The notes beneath the pieces were generated by a model. The model worked only from the letters and a program-made list of their open reading frames with translations. It made no database searches and had not been told where the DNA came from. 64,000 bases of DNA from Lepidodermella squamata (Eukaryota > Animalia > Gastrotricha): positions 1,674,001-1,738,000 of the forward strand of contig JBLDXI010000002.1 in assembly GCA_047495785.1 (NCBI GenBank). Direction: 5' to 3'. Shown piece by piece: positions 1 through 13,989 of this stretch. Every line of letters begins with the position of its first letter. The first letter of the stretch is position 1. A program made the translations under genes and the position numbers.

Positions 1-751
1 CGCTGCCATGTTACAGCTTCAACAACTTCAACAATCACGTCAGCAAGTTCCTCCGCCCCCGTCAGCCCCTGTTAATCCTTTAATTGCGCTACAACAAAAG
101 CTGGATACAAGTTCCAGCGCTGGAACCGAGACCACGTCACCCGTGCCGCCTCAACAACCCGCGAAACCAGCCTCGGAGAATCAACCGAAAACCGCGCAGA
201 AACGGCCTGGAATTTGGTCGATCGCCGCTGAAGTTTCGTCATCGACTTCATCGCCGGCCGAGGGTGGCGAAAACGCGAAACAAGCCCGGCTATCAGCCTC
301 TCCGGAACATGTAGCGGCGCCAAAGGTTGAAAATCAGCAGCAGCAAGCGGTTATTGAGGCGATTTTAGCCTCGCAGCGCCTCGGTCAATTTCGCAATCCG
401 AATGTTGTGCAACAGCATTTCGAGCAACAAAATCGAATGTTGGCCCTAGCAGCTCAGCAACAGCAGCAGGCTATTCCCCCTCAAAATAACGCCCAGTTGG
501 AACAAATCGCGATTTTAAGGCGGCTCATGGAGCAACAACAACAGCAACAGCAGGCGAATCACGGCCAGGCTCAATTAGCAGCGGCCATGATGCTGGCGGC
601 CGGCAATCCAAGTGCGTTTTTGGGCAACCTCGGCGGCCTTCAACCTCACCAGTTGGCCGGTTTAGCGCCACCCGGGCTGCTACCTGGCCACCATCACCTG
701 TTCGCAGCCGCAGCCGCTGCCGCCTCGCAAAATAATCAAGCCCCTAATTGA
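1..751 (+). CDS. Irx: Iroquois-class homeobox gene, C-terminal part (5' end outside window)
   Basis: Frame is open from the window start. Q/P/A-rich low-complexity protein with an IRO-box-like motif KRPGIWSIAAEV (200-235), nearly identical to [14 protein letters not shown] in the downstream Irx. The homeodomain is not in the window. Confidence 0.7.
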   Translation, partial: AAMLQLQQLQQSRQQVPPPPSAPVNPLIALQQKLDTSSSAGTETTSPVPPQQPAKPASENQPKTAQKRPGIWSIAAEVSSSTSSPAEGGENAKQARLSASPEHVAAPKVENQQQQAVIEAILASQRLGQFRNPNVVQQHFEQQNRMLALAAQQQQQAIPPQNNAQLEQIAILRRLMEQQQQQQQANHGQAQLAAAMMLAAGNPSAFLGNLGGLQPHQLAGLAPPGLLPGHHHLFAAAAAAASQNNQAPN

Positions 752-3700
752 TGTCATTTTTTTCGCTCTCTCGTTTATTTTTTTTCGGTGTGACCTTGAA
801 AATTAGTATTTTATTTTATTTCATGACATTATTGCTTAGCTCACTTTTCCGGCAACTTTTGTCTCATCCGCTTCGTTGTGTAAAAAAAAAATGTAGCTTT
901 GTTTTTATTAAGGTGGCTTTTTTCAGTTATTATTGTCGAGCGCGTAATTAATTATAGCGCCCTTTCGATTTTAATCAAAATTGTTGTTATATGATACCCA
1001 CTCTTCAATCAAAGCAGCTATATTACATATTATATGTTATAACGATTATTCGATTTTATTTATAAAAGAAAACAGCAACATTTAACAGAAATAAAATGTC
1101 GACAATTTTTGGTTTAAAAATGCGAGACTTTTGATGTTTATTATGCTATAGCTAAATACCGATGATTAACCGTGTTTAATCTACCTATATAACTATATGG
1201 CTTCGCCGGCAAACAGCTTGTATGTGGTTTTACAAGCTGTCAGTCACGACGCTTTTGCTTGAAAATAGATACATTAGTGGTGGCGGGCGCGTCTAATACG
1301 TACATTGCCGATGATGATGAGAAAGAAGGCTGGGCTGCGCGCCTGAAGAGCGTATCGCGTTGCCGTCTCGTGAAAATCATTGCAACTAAAAGCAGCTCTT
1401 CAAAACACTGATTATGATGATGCGCTATTGATATTATTTATACTAGCGTAATAATACATTATAAGGCGTATTATATCAAGTAAACGAGCAAATATACCTA
1501 CCTACTTGGATAAACTCAACGTAGCGCGCAAAAGTCAAAACACCAATAAAAGCCGAATAAAACAAGGGCGGAAACATAGGCGCGCGAGGTACTTTTACCT
1601 CAATTTAAGCACCAGGTAGGTAGGTAGGTAGATGGGGTACATAATATCGCAGAGATTATGATGAAAGAAAATGTTGTGTATTTATTTGCGTATATAACGA
1701 AAAACGCCGGCGATGACGGTTCCAAGACCAGACACGCGCCTCTCTTTTCCCCCCAGCAAGAAGTGGGCGCCTAACAGTTTGCACTCGAACAAAATCATCA
1801 TTAGCGGCTACAAATAAGACACCCGTCATCGGGCTCTCTACATTGCGCTAAACGTATGTAAACCAAGCGGAACCAAGTCAGGTAATTGGCGCCGTAAAAA
1901 TAGCCCGTTATAATTCTGTTTATCAAAGCACGGCTGCTGATTATCAGATGAAGTATACTTACCTAAATAGTCGCTGGTCTATGCCTCCCCTACCTCCCAT
2001 AAAAAAGAAATTAGATAATCATAGGTTGATATTACCAACCTAATAGCTATTACCTATGTAAAAATGTGTGTTTATAAGCGGTCATGCTCGTTGATTGAGT
2101 TGATACAAAAACATCGCCGTGAATTACTTTGCGATCAGCAGCGTGTTTACATTCTTGGCAGCATTTATTATCCGCATACATCGTCGTCGTTGCAAAAAAA
2201 TGTACCCGCATCATCAGCTGTGCGCCCAGCCGGCGATATTTTTATGCCTATTATCTAACGCCAAACAATTACCTACCGACTGACTACCTTTCAAGTTTTC
2301 TTGTACCCGATTAGCTGCGGTGAGATGGGAAGTAAATTTTTTTGTACAGGATGTCCAAAATGAGATTGGAAATTACAGCTTCCAGAGTGCGGGCAATTAC
2401 TTTTGGCGACGATTATGCTCAAATTGAATTCAATAAAAAAAATAATTTAAGAGACTATACAAATCAGGAAGACAAACTACTACCAAAAGCTTGAGAAAAG
2501 GAAAGGGGAAAATTCCTAATAAAAATTAAAAACAGGGATCACAATTGTTTGCTGTTTCCCATCTTCTAAGGAGCTATTGAAGCTCATAATGGATTCGTTT
2601 GAATTGTTAAGGGTTGGAATTAGGTCCTCAATTATTGGGTTAATTAACCAAAGAAATTTCTGAATTTTTGTATATCAGGAAATTGGTTGATCAATTTATA
2701 AAGCGACCAGGATCGATAAAACAATTGATAATTGATTTAAAACTTATATAAAAAATACAGAAATTTCAGGAACAATTCAATTGATAATTGAGAGCGTGTG
2801 AAATTCTGAACATTGAGGTCACACACTTGGCGTTTTAGATCGGTTCAAACTGCAAAAAATGACAGCGGACCCTCGAAATCGCGTGGAAACCTCGGGGACA
2901 TGAATCAATGATTTTATCAAAAAAATTTAAAAATATATTCTCGAGCTGGGATATAGAAAAAACTGATAAATTTTCAAGCTTACCTTTGAATCTTAGAATC
3001 TCGATTATTTCATAATTACCTCATTTTCTTTTTTTCACGAATTTGATTAAATATTTTTCTCTTCATTTTTTAAAATGTTTTTCATATTTTCATGATCACC
3101 TTTGTATTTTATTATTTAAAGATCGAATATTTTAGGATTCCGATTTCTAATGAAACCCATTGCTGCTACAGACGAATGTGTATCATTGGCACTAAACTTG
3201 TTGTTTTGTGCGATCGGTAGATGGCTGAAAGATGAAGAGCTGTAACGGTCTCGGAATGATGATTGCATCTAAATTTACTATAATATCACACAGCATGTAC
3301 GGCGTATATACCCGGCCGCTACTGGTGTTTTTATTCCCGCTTCATCATACCTAGTTGCCAAATCGATTGTACCAAATAATATCATCAACTAGCAGTAATG
3401 AGCAACACCGGTTGTTGCCGTTACACACGCGGCGCAATTCGATACACTGCGAGTCAATCAAATCAAATCATCGCCGCGCTTCAATAGAGCGCGAGCGCGC
3501 TCACTTTGATACAAAGATACAGTTACTTCGCCTCATAATGAACACCTTAAAACAACAATAATAAGTTGCAAGTGTATTACTATATCGGCGGCATCGCTCA
3601 CTGGCGGCGCGTGTGTGTGTGTGTCTGTTTTCGCGGTTATTATTACACCCGAGCAACAGGTTACTACTGCTCATCATTTGTTTGTACTTGGCGTTGTATC

Positions 3701-6265
3701 GACGAGCCTATCGAATGTTTTGCGGTTCAAGTACCGACTCACAAATTCGAGCGCAAGTGTTCGAAATTAGTGTTGAGACGCGGCGCGCGCTACGTTTTAT
3801 CTTGCGACTGCATCGAATTATCGGAAGAGCGCGATGTGTTCGCCTTCAATAATAATAAAACACCTTTTTGCGCACAAGTCAAGTGCAGAAATTTTTATCA
3901 TTACGCGTTTTGATACTAGTAAATAAGCCGATGCTTATTACGAGGACAAATACACAATAAAATCCAGGCGCCGATACGATATAAATCCTATTTTTCGATT
4001 AACTTATGTGGTGATGGAATAATAAAAGTTTACTTAGTCCTTGGCCGGTGTCGACGAGATGCTCGACAAGAGGGCAATAATAATAAATCGAATTTAGGCG
4101 ATACGATCACGGCGGATTGTGAACAGACGATTTCCGGCGGATCATGAGCTTTCGCCGTTGAGCCGCTATTTCCGCGCGCCTCGACCTCGGCGGCGCCAAT
4201 AAATGTCGTCGCAGTTTTACTGCTAGCATGTGTTTACGAGCGTGTAATAAGAAGCGATTCGATGATCGGCGATTCGATGATGATGAGAATTGCAATATTA
4301 TTTGTCGTATTCTTCGCGCTTACTTGAATAGGAAATGGTTTCGATTAAAAATCTCAAATAATACAGGGCGTCGCTGTTATATGCGCTTTTCCAGTATAAC
4401 AATTTGCTGTCAACCAGTTTGATTATTATTATTAAAGCGATAGGATATCGCAGGCGCGCTTTATTTTACGGCAACAACGCGCCGACGATATCCTTTTGTA
4501 AATCTATCAAAATTTACTTGCCACCAGGGCATATACTCCTTTTGCCAATCAACACGCGGTCAATCAAGAAAATGTCCGCAGGTCTCGAATTTTCGTCCGG
4601 AATAGCACGAGTGAACAGCAAACACATAAATGAAGGTTAAAATTCGAAAAACGATAGAAAAAAAAAGAAAACCAAATCGGACGATTTAGGGACCGAGTGT
4701 GATCTCACTTTCCAACATTGCGATGTCTCTGAATCCAGGTCAAACAAATTGCTGAAAAAATATTTCAATTTTCTTTTCGATTTCACATTATTTCGATTTT
4801 TTCCTGTGTGTGACCCATTTAGGTCGAAGTGGGTCACTTAGAGCACGGCGATGATTGGGGACAGCGACCGCAATAATGAGGATGATTATGATTTCGAAGA
4901 GAGCAGCGTCGTGTGCTGGCATGTCACCTCTCGATGCTGTTCGAGTGGCTGCACATGTTAACAGGGGCGCAACGGCCGGCGGCTGGCAAACTGCGCGTAA
5001 AGTGCGCCCACGCGCTCGCTCATCTCGCTCGTGTCCACTTCCGCCACTGTTTACGCCAATGTAATATCAATAATATTATTGCAATTAAGCCTAAGGAGGA
5101 GGACCAACCCATCATCATCAACATCCCGTAATGACTGTTGCGCGTTAACTGTAATATATATAGCCGCGTCGTTATCGCCCGTCATCGATTCGCGTCAAGC
5201 GCAAGAAGGCAGATGTTCGGCGCCTTCTCTTGTGTAAGAAATGCCACCACACTACTGCCACGTTTTAAAATTCCTTCAACCGCAATTACTCATTACACAC
5301 ATAAACTTAATCGCCGATCGCTGCTCCTGAATGAATAAAACGTTACGTGGCGCCCAGAATTTGTCAACCGATGAGAAAACGCGCTTATTGATGTTTGGTA
5401 AACACACCGTCTTGGCGCTCGCTCGATCCGATGAAAATTTACTTTATTCAATTCAATGTATCATCCCAATGTTTGCCGATGAGATGTGCCCAAGGTGCGC
5501 CTAAGCAAAGCCATCTTTGCGCACCGATCCCAGCAGGTGTAAATAAGGCGGCTGTGTGAAGACGCGCATCAAGGGCCCTTCACGCGTGCGCTCGTCGAGA
5601 CTGCCGCTGATCCGCTTTTCTCACCACCACAGAACCGTGTCCAAGTATTTGTTCAAACACGATGAGTATTAATATCATAATTCAATTATAAAGTCATCAT
5701 CACCAAGATCACAAAATGACACGCGCCTTAATTTGAGCACGAACAAAAAAATTGCGTACATATTCGGATTTTTTTAGCGGCACGAGCCTCGCTATTAATG
5801 AAGTCATGTTGCTGCTGTTGATGATGATGAGAAAAAAATTGTAAAATAAAGTTGAGGATAGCGATCGTGTGCCGTCGTTACTGATTTATTTCCTCGCCAA
5901 CTTAGTCTCTTGATTTTCAATCATTACCCAACTGAAAACAGCAGTTGCAGCTGCATGTGATTTGCATGATTTGTGAACTGGCGACACGTAAGGTGTCTAC
6001 ACACTAGTAATTACACGATTTATTCAAAATTTATTACTCGAGTGTTGAAATGGCCCATTTCCGTGACGTACCTACTATAGTAATCGCTTACCGTTGCTGG
6101 CGATTTCGTTCGTTCTTCCCACAGCGACGTCACAGTCGATTTTTGGCATCTGCCTAGTCCAACACAACACGAACAAGGTGTTCAACACGCGCACGCTATT
6201 AATGCGCGCATATATGAGTATTAATAATAATAAGTGCGCGCGTATTATTATTACCATTAGTGCGT

Positions 6266-6301
6266 CGGCCAATCAGCGCGCGCGCAGCTCGCTATTGGCC
6301 G
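6266..6301. promoter_or_regulatory. Paired inverted CCAAT boxes in the Irx proximal promoter
   Basis: CGGCCAAT...ATTGGCCG flanking a CGCG-rich core, about 130-160 bp upstream of the ATG at 6429. Confidence 0.45.
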
Positions 6302-6428
6302 AGCGGCGGCGGCGCAATCGGCTTACAGACACGCCTCGGCAATTTGATGATGTTTATCGGCGTGTTGAACACAACAACGTCTTACAACTTGTTTTCGACG
6401 TATTATTTCTAGTGTTAAAAACCAACAA

Positions 6429-8066
6429 ATGACCAGTTCATCGCCCGTCGACGCGCCTGTTTCGCTGATATGCGAACAGCGCCGCCGCAAGCTTGATGCA
6501 GTGACACCACCTTCGCCTAGCGAGTCGCCGAAGCCTGTTACCAACGGCCTACCGCCACCTGTACCGCTTTCAGCCTCGTCGCAACCGGCGAAATCGTGCT
6601 GTCAAACCGCCTTAAATGCCGGCCAAACGTTTTGCCCGACTTGTTACGTTACATCGATCCTCGCTTCTTACAAACAACCGAAGCCGGATAGTATTGCCGA
6701 GAAGAAATTGATCAACAGCAGCAACAGCGATAATGGCTCGTCACCGTCGTCTGGCACGCCGGTTCGCAACCCGAGCCCGCCAGCGCCTCAAGTCACCCTG
6801 GATATGATGTCCCTACTGAAACAGCGCATGCCTCTCGAAACTTCGACGCCCTTCGACCGGCAACAAACTTCACCTGCAGGCGCTACCCCGCAAGAAATTT
6901 TGATTCAGTCATTACTCGCCGCTAGTCAGCAGAACAATTTACAACCACCCCAAGGCCCTGGTGGCTTTGAGGCGTTTCTAGCCGCTCGTCAAGCCGGAGC
7001 GCCTATGGGTGTCGGACCCGGCGCGCCTTTTTTTCACCCGGGCGCTGATCCTAACTCAGCGGCTCTCATCAACCCGTACGGTCCTTACGGCAACGCGTTC
7101 GATATCAACGGCATGCGGCGGAAAAACGCGACCCGCGAAACTACGGCTGTTCTCAAGCAATGGCTAGCCGGCCATCGGAAGAACCCGTACCCGACCAAGG
7201 GCGAGAAAATTATGTTGGCAATTATCAGTAAAATGACCCTGACCCAGGTTAGCACGTGGTTCGCGAATGCGAGGCGTCGTCTCAAGAAGGAGAACAAGGG
7301 CAACAGCACGTGGAACAGCGGCGGTGCTGGGTCTGGCGATGACCAGAACGAAGGCGGTGGCTCGAATGACGGCGATTTGGACGATGTTGAGCTGCAAGTT
7401 GAAGACAGTGATAACGACGACAACGACGATAGCGACGAACCGCCCCAGCGCCGGGCTCGATTCGAATCAGGCTCGCCCGATGAATCATCGGCTACTAGTC
7501 GCCAGGCGACAAATCTTAGTCAAATGGTAGCCCAAACACCTCCATCGGCGCTCAACCTCGCAGCTTTACAGCAACAACAACAACAACAACAGCAACAACA
7601 ATCAGCACTTCAGGCTAATCCTGTTTTAGCGGCATCGATCGCAGCCCTTCTCGAACAACAGAACCAGCAATCGGTACCGACCATAACCCCGCCACAGCCT
7701 CAAGTACCAGTCAACCCTTTCGCATCGCTTCTTCAACAAGGTATGTTCCAGAAATTTCATTAAGGTGGATTTTTATTGATTTTTTCTTATTCAGTTTATG
7801 GCGATCGATTGAACGCAGTTCTCCAACTTCAACAGCAGCTTAATGCCGCGAATGTGAGGCCGAACCCTGGCGCCCCGTTGGTACCGCCCGGTCCGATGAT
7901 GAACCCGGCTCATCAATTGCTTCTCCAACAAATTCAACTACAACAACAACAACTGCAACAGCAACAACAGCAATCGAACGATGCGGCGAAAAGCGGCAAA
8001 AAACCAGCCGGTTCTATCTGGTCACTCGCCGCTGAAGTTAACAACTCGCCTAACAGCCAGCATTAA
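6429..8066 (+). CDS. Irx: Iroquois-class TALE homeobox transcription factor (2 exons: 6429-7740, 7795-8066)
   Basis: TALE homeodomain [61 protein letters not shown], acidic stretch after it, N-terminal [10 protein letters not shown] motif, and IRO box IWSLAAEV (7998-8039). A 54-nt GT-AG intron (7741-7794) joins the two ORFs in phase 1. Confidence 0.95.
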
Positions 8067-10799
8067 ATCGCGTGAGACACATTTCGAGTGAGAGAGAGAT
8101 GATAATTCTACGGCAACACACTCCATGTCGCCTCTATATTTTTGTTCGTCCTAATTATTACCTTTAACGCAGTTGTTTATTATAACCAATGAATATTATT
8201 CGAAATTCGTCTGTACAAAAAATTGTATGTTGTTTCGATTTTGAGAGGAGAAAAAAGTTGTACATAACGAATTTTTCTTCCTTTTGTTTTCTTTCTTTTC
8301 TTCGTGTTTTTTTCTGACGATGTTTTTTGACTATTGAAAATTCCGCACCTTTCATTCTTCAGCTACTATTTACGCCTACATAAAGCCACCGCACACATCG
8401 ATTGTTATATATACATATAAATATCGGAAAATGATAGATGGAAATGTTGATGATAACAATGTCAAGTAATAATAAAAGATTTGAAAAAAAACCGAGCTTC
8501 AATCACGCGTTGTTATTGTTGTTGTTGTTTATCGCGCGGAAATGTAATGACCTTGTTTTGTTTTGAAGGCCGTTGCATTACAAGCTGTCATTACCTGCAA
8601 AATATCGTTATTGCATCGCGGTTATATTGTAAACACCAAGTCATCATCAAAAGTAACAAGAACATTGTTGCTAACATAGTTGGCAGTGATACGGTATGGG
8701 GGTAATAAGTTGGTGTATCACTTCCTTCAAACTATACTGCTGAGATTTGACGTGTGAGAGGCGATACATTTGAAGGCAAATAGTACACGAGATGATGATA
8801 TACTGGTAAGAAATGCCAGCGTATCACTCGAGTTGATGTAAATAATCTGCTGTTGTATCGAAACGCGCGGGCGTTGGGTACCGGCGGTAATTGGCGCAAT
8901 GAAGGCCGGTCTAATAGATCTCATGTAATAATATCCGTGCATCAGGTAATAAAACGCTGATGCATGTTTGTATTTGTAAAAGCAAGCTCTTAAATAACAG
9001 CAATAGCGCACAGGACTGCCGAGAATCATCATGATGATGATTATGACGGTAAATAAAGATACATTTCCGAGACGTAATAATGCAAAACCGAGATGCACCT
9101 GGGTGGTTGTGGCCTCGCTTGCTTGGCGTCGTGTCTAACTCCTAACATGTGCAATTATTACCACGATGACCCAGCCCTAATAAATACCCGACTTGGCATA
9201 TTATCATCATCTGATGTAACGTCGGCCGAGCGTAACGATACGATGTGTTCAAACGCTCAATTGAACGCGAACAAGACCGCGACGCGGCATTTTGTTACAC
9301 TCAAATTAGCACGAATAATATTATTATCATAAAACAACAAAAAACTTGATTTTTTTATTTCAATTTTTCTTCCAAATAATGAAGGTATTCGATCATTATT
9401 TCTCTCAGCAGCAGCGGCGTTGAGTGCAAATTTTTTATTGTTTTTGAGCTATCAATTTTATATTGCTACTTAACACGGGTCGCAGTGACGCAGAGTGCGC
9501 AATAACTTCGCAATAATAATGACGATAATATCCATGGCTGATAATCATTATAATATTGTTTTGGCGGGGCTTTATTATTCTTACTGCTGTTTTGCAAAAT
9601 GGGCATTCGACATCAAGTAATATATGTTGGTAATAATATCGTCACATGCGCTTATAAGTATCGGGTGTCCTAATATCGCAGCGGCGGACGGTCAATTTGG
9701 CGGATTTATGTGGTGATTGATTTTGTCTCAACTCGTGTCATGCAATTTCACCATCATCAGTCAACGGCAAGTAGGCAGCAGGCATCTAAATATTTAGATG
9801 GTGTAATATAATAATGAAAGCGATATATTATAATATCGTCGTGTATAAGCGATAAATGCCGACGAGCCGATCGCGACAAGAGCGCAGAAATTTACTGCTG
9901 TTGGCGCAATTGAACGCGCGCGATTATTAGAGGATTTCCATCTTGCGCGCTGCCTAGAAATTGCGCCAGCAGCTTCTTGTGTTACTTATATTTGCTCGAC
10001 ATCGGGCGCGTCGTCGCTCGACATCAAGACGACGACGACGAGCGGCAGCTGATTTTATATCGCCTTATCCGTTCACCCGCTCGTTTACAAACACGAATGC
10101 GCCCGTTTCCGGACTGTAAAATATTATATCGCGCGAGATTTTCGATACAATAATAATAATAAAAATAAACGAATATTATTATCACGTGTTTGCTGCTCTG
10201 CTGGCGAGGGTGATACAAAGCGAGTAATTGTGTTTTGCAAGTTTTGACACAATAAAACGCCGGAAATAGCGCTGCTGTGGACACCTTGCACGCGCGCAAT
10301 AAAATCGCGCTGGCGACAAAGTGGCCCCGTCGCCATCACAGCACAGCGTCTCTTTCTTCGTCTACTGCTGTTTTAGCTTTATTACTCATCAAAAACAAGT
10401 ATAATTTGCGCGTTTCACCACGATGTTTGCTCACAGTCCTGATGGAAGTGTTATATAGGGTCCCCCGAGGCGGCGTTTTACGATTGTTTTCGTTGAAATT
10501 TTTATTTCTTGGCATGTCAACGCGACACGCGACACCTGAGTTACATTATCGTGTTTTTTCGCACTCCTGAAAAATAAGACTTGACAAATATTTGAAAAAA
10601 AAATCATTTCAAATGTATTATATCATTGTCGCGAAAATTTCGAGTAAAATAAATCACAAATAGATATCAATTAATACGATGTGACTGTGCATAATTTAGT
10701 TGTTCCAAATCATTCGATTGCGAGTTTGAGAAAGGAATGTAAAGTATAATACTTAGAAGGGTAAAATAATACGTCAATCCACCTTAATACTTTGTTTTT

Positions 10800-13351
10800 T
10801 CACTTCGAAAACGCCGTCATTAGGGCGCCGGCAATTGTCAAGCTGAACGCGACGCCTAAAATGAGGAAATTTCTGAGGCCGCGAATTTCTCGGAACAAGA
10901 AAATGCCCCACAGCGTTGCGATCATTCCGGGGACTGTCGCGATAATGGGGAATGTGATTGACGGCGAAAGGGTTGAATTCGCCAGGAAAAAACAGCACGT
11001 CGCGATGCCCCACAAAAACCCGCTGAGCAGCGACGGCAGGACGATATCGGCACTGACGAAAGCCGTCCGCCGGTTGATGATCATATAGCCAGCAAAAGCA
11101 ATGGTCGATGAAAAGAAAATACCGCAAAATTGAGAGAAGACATAATCTGAAAAAATCCGCCTTAAATTTTCGAAAATTCACGATTTTTGCGATTTTTCTT
11201 ACCTAACCCGTTTTGACTAGCGCGAATTCCATTTTCGTCGACAGTGTGGTCGATTATGTATGTAGCCGGTAGGAATTGAGCCCCGTAACAACAACCTGAG
11301 GCTAGAGATAGCACGATGCCAATGACTCGGCGAATCGTGGGCGGGAATTGGCCTAGAAATGGCTTTTCTTCCTTTTTCGCAAGGCCAGTTTCGCCGCGGA
11401 CCAGGTATTCGCCACTCGTTGTTAGCGAGTCGGAAACGCCGACAGCTATGACTGACCCGGCGTTGGTGTTGAATCGCGTATCATCGCCGGAACCACTGAT
11501 CGTGCTGTCTTCGTCGCGCTTTTTCCGCCGGGTCAAACAATCAGGCAGTTGGACTTCAGTTTCAGTTTTGACTAGGATGTATACGCCACCACTAAAAATA
11601 ACAAAAAATAATAAAATTGACGACAATTCGCTGGAAAAAAGTTTTGTACGCCACCTTCTTAAACTTCAATAAATTTGATGGCGAACCCTTAAGTCATTGG
11701 AATTTAGGAAAAATCGACCCAGAAAAGGAGAAATATTCGAACTTCTAGTCTCCATTTGGTCCGTAATATAGTTTTCCTGGTAGGAATCTAACTTTGAAAA
11801 TTGGAATCCTAGTAACCTCTAAATTGATAGGAAAATCGAAGCATGGTTTTATTCTCAGCCATGATGGCAATATTCTTAAAAAATCGGTGAAATTACCCAA
11901 CAATTGCAGAGCGAATGAAAATCGGGCTTTTCCGGGTTTTCTCCGGTTAATTTCAAATTTATTCCATGAAATCGGAGATAACGGATGGGAAATGCCCTCG
12001 TTAAACCCAATTTTTGAAAATATGATAACTTGCTTGCAAAAATTGCATAATTCGAAACAACAAGTCCCAATAGCAACGCAACCGAAAAAATACAGTTCAG
12101 AAGGATGTGGAAGTCTTTTCAAAAACGAAGCGATTCGCGATCTTATCGTCTAAGCGTATCCTTACTGCCCCAGAAATGCTTATCACCTATGAAAAATATC
12201 AAATAAAATGAAAAAATTCCGAAGAAATTGAGAAATTGAAATTTGCGAAAAACCCCGAAATTTACCCAACTCTTCCATCGGGTTTTTATGGATTTTATTA
12301 AATGAAAACGGCCAGAAAAGATACAAAAATGGCTATAAACAGCTTCATCTTGGTAAAAATATCTGAATCCTCCGCAAATAACTGGGTAAAACATCAAAAA
12401 TGGTAGAATATCTTGTTGCGGAACCTAATTTGAGGTAAGGAAAAGTCGTTTTCGAATATTTCTACGAAATTAAAGCAATGTAGGAATTCTACAGTGAGCA
12501 ATGCGTCTAATACAGAATTTCAAGCTGACTTCAAAAATGCTCTATTTTGAATTATGCTGATCAATCCTGGGATCCTTGGAAGTTTCGAAAAGTGGTTTCA
12601 GATAAACTGAAAATTCCGAAATTTGGTTCCGCTAAAAGTAAGACCCAAAAAATAGTGCTTTTGATAAAAAAAAATGAGACCTGCTAGAAATGCTGGCTTA
12701 GGTGAGAGTAAATAAAGGATGGAAATAATTTCTTTCCTAGACAGGAAAATTTTAGTTTAGGAGCTAGAAACTACAGAAACTCCCATTTTTACTGTCTCCT
12801 TCAGTTTAAATTATTTCCATAAATATATTCGTAAATTTAGCTTACGCCAAAACGCAGGAAACAACGCCAAGGTAGTTGAGCACTTCATTGCTCGGCACTT
12901 CCTCACACAGGCCGAACAGGCCAAATCGAGCCGTAGCCCAGCCGACCAACACGTTCGAACTGTTCCAAACAAGCATGCCAATAGACAGGCCAATCAAATT
13001 GATAATCGGAATAGTGCAACAATTGCCCAGGGTCCAAATCGCCCCGCCCAGCAGACACATCGGGTAGAAGGTCGGCTGTTCGCGAATCAGCTGGCAAATC
13101 GTGCCGACCATAAAAATAGCCGCACACATGACCCATTGGCAGAAAAACCCGTCTCGTGTATTCACAAATTTAAACGGCACGAAATTGGACCCGAACAGCA
13201 AGCAAGCGATGAGGCACGCCAAGTAACCTGCGATTTGAGAATCTGTCGATAAGGGCTGCGTCTGGCCGTGAACAGGGCCCGTCCAATTCGCGCCACACGC
13301 GACATAATCGGTCATATTAGACCCGTTGGCCATCATTTCAAAAAACATCAT
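10800..13351 (-). CDS. TMEM144: Transmembrane protein 144 (drug/metabolite transporter-like); exons 13351-12846, 11591-11203, 11146-10800
   Basis: Motifs LFGSNFVPFK..DGFFCQWVMCAAIF, GWATARFGLFG, SQNGLDYVFSQFCGIF, ITFPIIATVPGMIATLWGIFLFREIRG. GT-AG sites join all exons in frame. Confidence 0.9.
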
Positions 13352-13989
13352 CCCTATTTGTGTTCAATCAAAAATCATTTTTTAATACCAAAGCCGCAAT
13401 TTCATTTTTTCCATGCACACATGCGCAGTGTTTTTCTTAGCATTCATTTCTTTCATCGTTCTCTCAAATTTCTTCACAAAAAAATCACCAAGAATCGAAA
13501 AACATAATAATTATAAATATTATCATGAATAATTTTGTACACACATAGCTAGTAAGGTTTTTATCGAGATAAGAGCACACTATGCCTTGAAAACTTGAGC
13601 CGATTCAACAAGTAAAATTAGCTTATATTGGCTCAGTGCAAAATAAAGCTCCCTTCGTTATAGTTTCAAGCTATTTATTCACCTGTTTCTCGCTTCATAG
13701 AAAATAATAATTTTTTATTCGGAAGATATCTCCACGCGAAATTGAGAGAGAGGAAGAAAGATTATTTGGTGCGACAAATATTATTTTTTATAAATTTATA
13801 ATTATTACGCATTTCATCAGTTCTCGTGTTTAAATATAATTATATTTACATAAAACACCAAAGCGAGCAGGGAAGACGAGGTTTCAATAACTTTTTTCAT
13901 GTATATATAACGATAGAACTGTATAATGTAACTTTTTCTAGTTTTATAAAGAAATGAAAGATACAGAGGCAAGCACGCGCTGCTTTCAA

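Noticed and set aside
748-6432. Numerous 60-115-aa ORFs between the Irx genes, and antisense ORFs over real exons elsewhere
   Set aside because: No domain signatures or splice-consistent structure; they are chance ORFs or shadows of GC-rich exons.
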